Part shown: piece by piece, positions 63,076-64,000 of the stretch
Layout: every line of letters begins with the position of its first letter
Numbering within the stretch: position 1 is the first letter of the stretch
Source of the DNA: Tubiluchus corallicola
Taxonomy: Eukaryota; Animalia; Priapulida
Length of the DNA: 64,000 nt
Reading direction: 5' to 3'
NCBI GenBank assembly: GCA_030141605.1
Contig: JAQGDQ010002385.1
Span: forward strand, 186,001 to 250,000
The notes under the pieces: generated by a model
Told to the model about the DNA's origin: nothing
Database searches by the model: none
The model's input: only the letters and a program-made list of their open reading frames with translations
Position numbers and translations under genes: made by a program

Positions 63076-63621
63076 ATGAAACAAAGGCAAAAATCATGGA
63101 TCTTTCTCGTCGGGATGGCCGGATGCGGAAAAAGCCATATAGGATATACACTCGCACAATATCTCAACAAACCTTTCCTTGATCTTGATAAAGAAATAGA
63201 GAAAACAATTAACCTCTCAGTTCCTGAAATTTTTACACAATATGGAGAAACTTTCTTCCGCCATAAAGAAGAGATCACCTTTCAGCAGCTCTTGCAAAAA
63301 CACCCCTCTTCTATCTTAGCGACAGGCGGTGGAGCCTTCATGAACGGCACCATCCGAAAAACAATGAAAGTTCATGGCCTCTCTATATGGCTGAAAACAC
63401 CTCTGAAAATTATCTATAAAAGAATTGTAGAAGCAAAAAATACACGTCCTCTCTTCAAAAATAAAAATGTAAAAGAAGAATTGGTCAAAACTGCTAAAAA
63501 GCGATATCCTATCTATAGTCTCGCTGGTATCCATATCGCGCCTAGGGAAAAAAGCCTTCACGATACCACGGTATTGATCGCGAAAATACTAGAAGAAAAA
63601 GAAAAACATTATGACAAATGA
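63076..63621 (+). CDS. aroK: Shikimate kinase
   Basis: LVGMAGCGKS, DLDKEIE, GETFFR..E, ATGGGAF, RPL. Confidence 0.95.
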   Translation: MKQRQKSWIFLVGMAGCGKSHIGYTLAQYLNKPFLDLDKEIEKTINLSVPEIFTQYGETFFRHKEEITFQQLLQKHPSSILATGGGAFMNGTIRKTMKVHGLSIWLKTPLKIIYKRIVEAKNTRPLFKNKNVKEELVKTAKKRYPIYSLAGIHIAPREKSLHDTTVLIAKILEEKEKHYDK

Positions 63622-64000
63622 TTTTGAAAATACCATCACTCCATCCCTACAAAATGGGCAAAAACTTCAAATCAAACATAATGATACACAAAGCGATATC
63701 TTTATCAAACCCAATATTATAACCCAATTACATACCTTTTTGGAAAACAAACTCACAAACCGAAAAGTCATCATTGTCACAGATGAAAATACCGCGCCCC
63801 TCTATTTAAAAAGCGTCACTGACACTCTCCAAAAATGCACCAGCAAGCTAACAAACATCACTATTCCTTCAGGCGAAAGCAGTAAAAGTTTTCAACAGCT
63901 TGAAACACTCTGCGAGACTATTCTGAAATCCGGTATTGATCGAACCTCTGTCTTAATAGCTCTCGGTGGCGGTGTTATCGGCGATCTGACCGGATTTACC
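63611..64000 (+). CDS. aroB: 3-dehydroquinate synthase, 5' part (runs off the window)
   Basis: Translated by hand from the ATG at 63611: IIVTDEN, IPSGESSKS, IDR.S.LIALGGGVIGDLTGF. Confidence 0.93.
   Translation, partial: MTNDFENTITPSLQNGQKLQIKHNDTQSDIFIKPNIITQLHTFLENKLTNRKVIIVTDENTAPLYLKSVTDTLQKCTSKLTNITIPSGESSKSFQQLETLCETILKSGIDRTSVLIALGGGVIGDLTGFT

Noticed and set aside
54-63561. Many short or antisense ORFs in the six-frame track (e.g. 19767-20237, 22394-22861, 36822-37220, 56275-56781)
   Set aside because: They overlap well-supported genes, have no recognisable motifs and are best explained as shadow frames.

Overview
This is a core-genome window from an AT-rich alphaproteobacterium with Rhodospirillales-like gene order; the taxonomy is inferred from synteny only. 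The window opens with the end of a type IVb pilus-like operon (secretin plus three accessory genes). A long minus-strand housekeeping run follows: lpxL, lpxK, waaA, DUF374, degP, hflCK, thiD, glmM, ftsH, tilS, tol-pal, a frameshifted ybgC, ruvBAC, yebC, a YmdB-like gene, ygfA, 6S RNA and zapA. The rest holds gap, the gcvTHPaPb operon, cysS, gltX, nadE, a class II DAHP synthase, gatBAC, ruvX-plsY-dprA-topA, iolA and iolR, a lone KAP NTPase, a four-gene 2-oxoacid oxidoreductase operon, a MATE pump, xerD, aroK and the start of aroB. I saw no tRNA, rRNA, CRISPR array or transposase. The most interesting items are: (1) a Tcp/Cof-style T4b pilus module with atypical base skew; (2) a POR operon whose ferredoxin-like delta subunit appears split around a GltD/DsrL-like NAD(P)H flavoprotein; (3) a NadE lacking the glutaminase catalytic Cys; (4) an unannotated 45-aa membrane ORF in frame with an xerD that lacks a canonical start for its first helix; (5) signs of genome reduction, including genes missing from their usual positions, a decayed glycine riboswitch and a ybgC frameshift. 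All family assignments come from recognising motifs and synteny by eye; no database searches were run.
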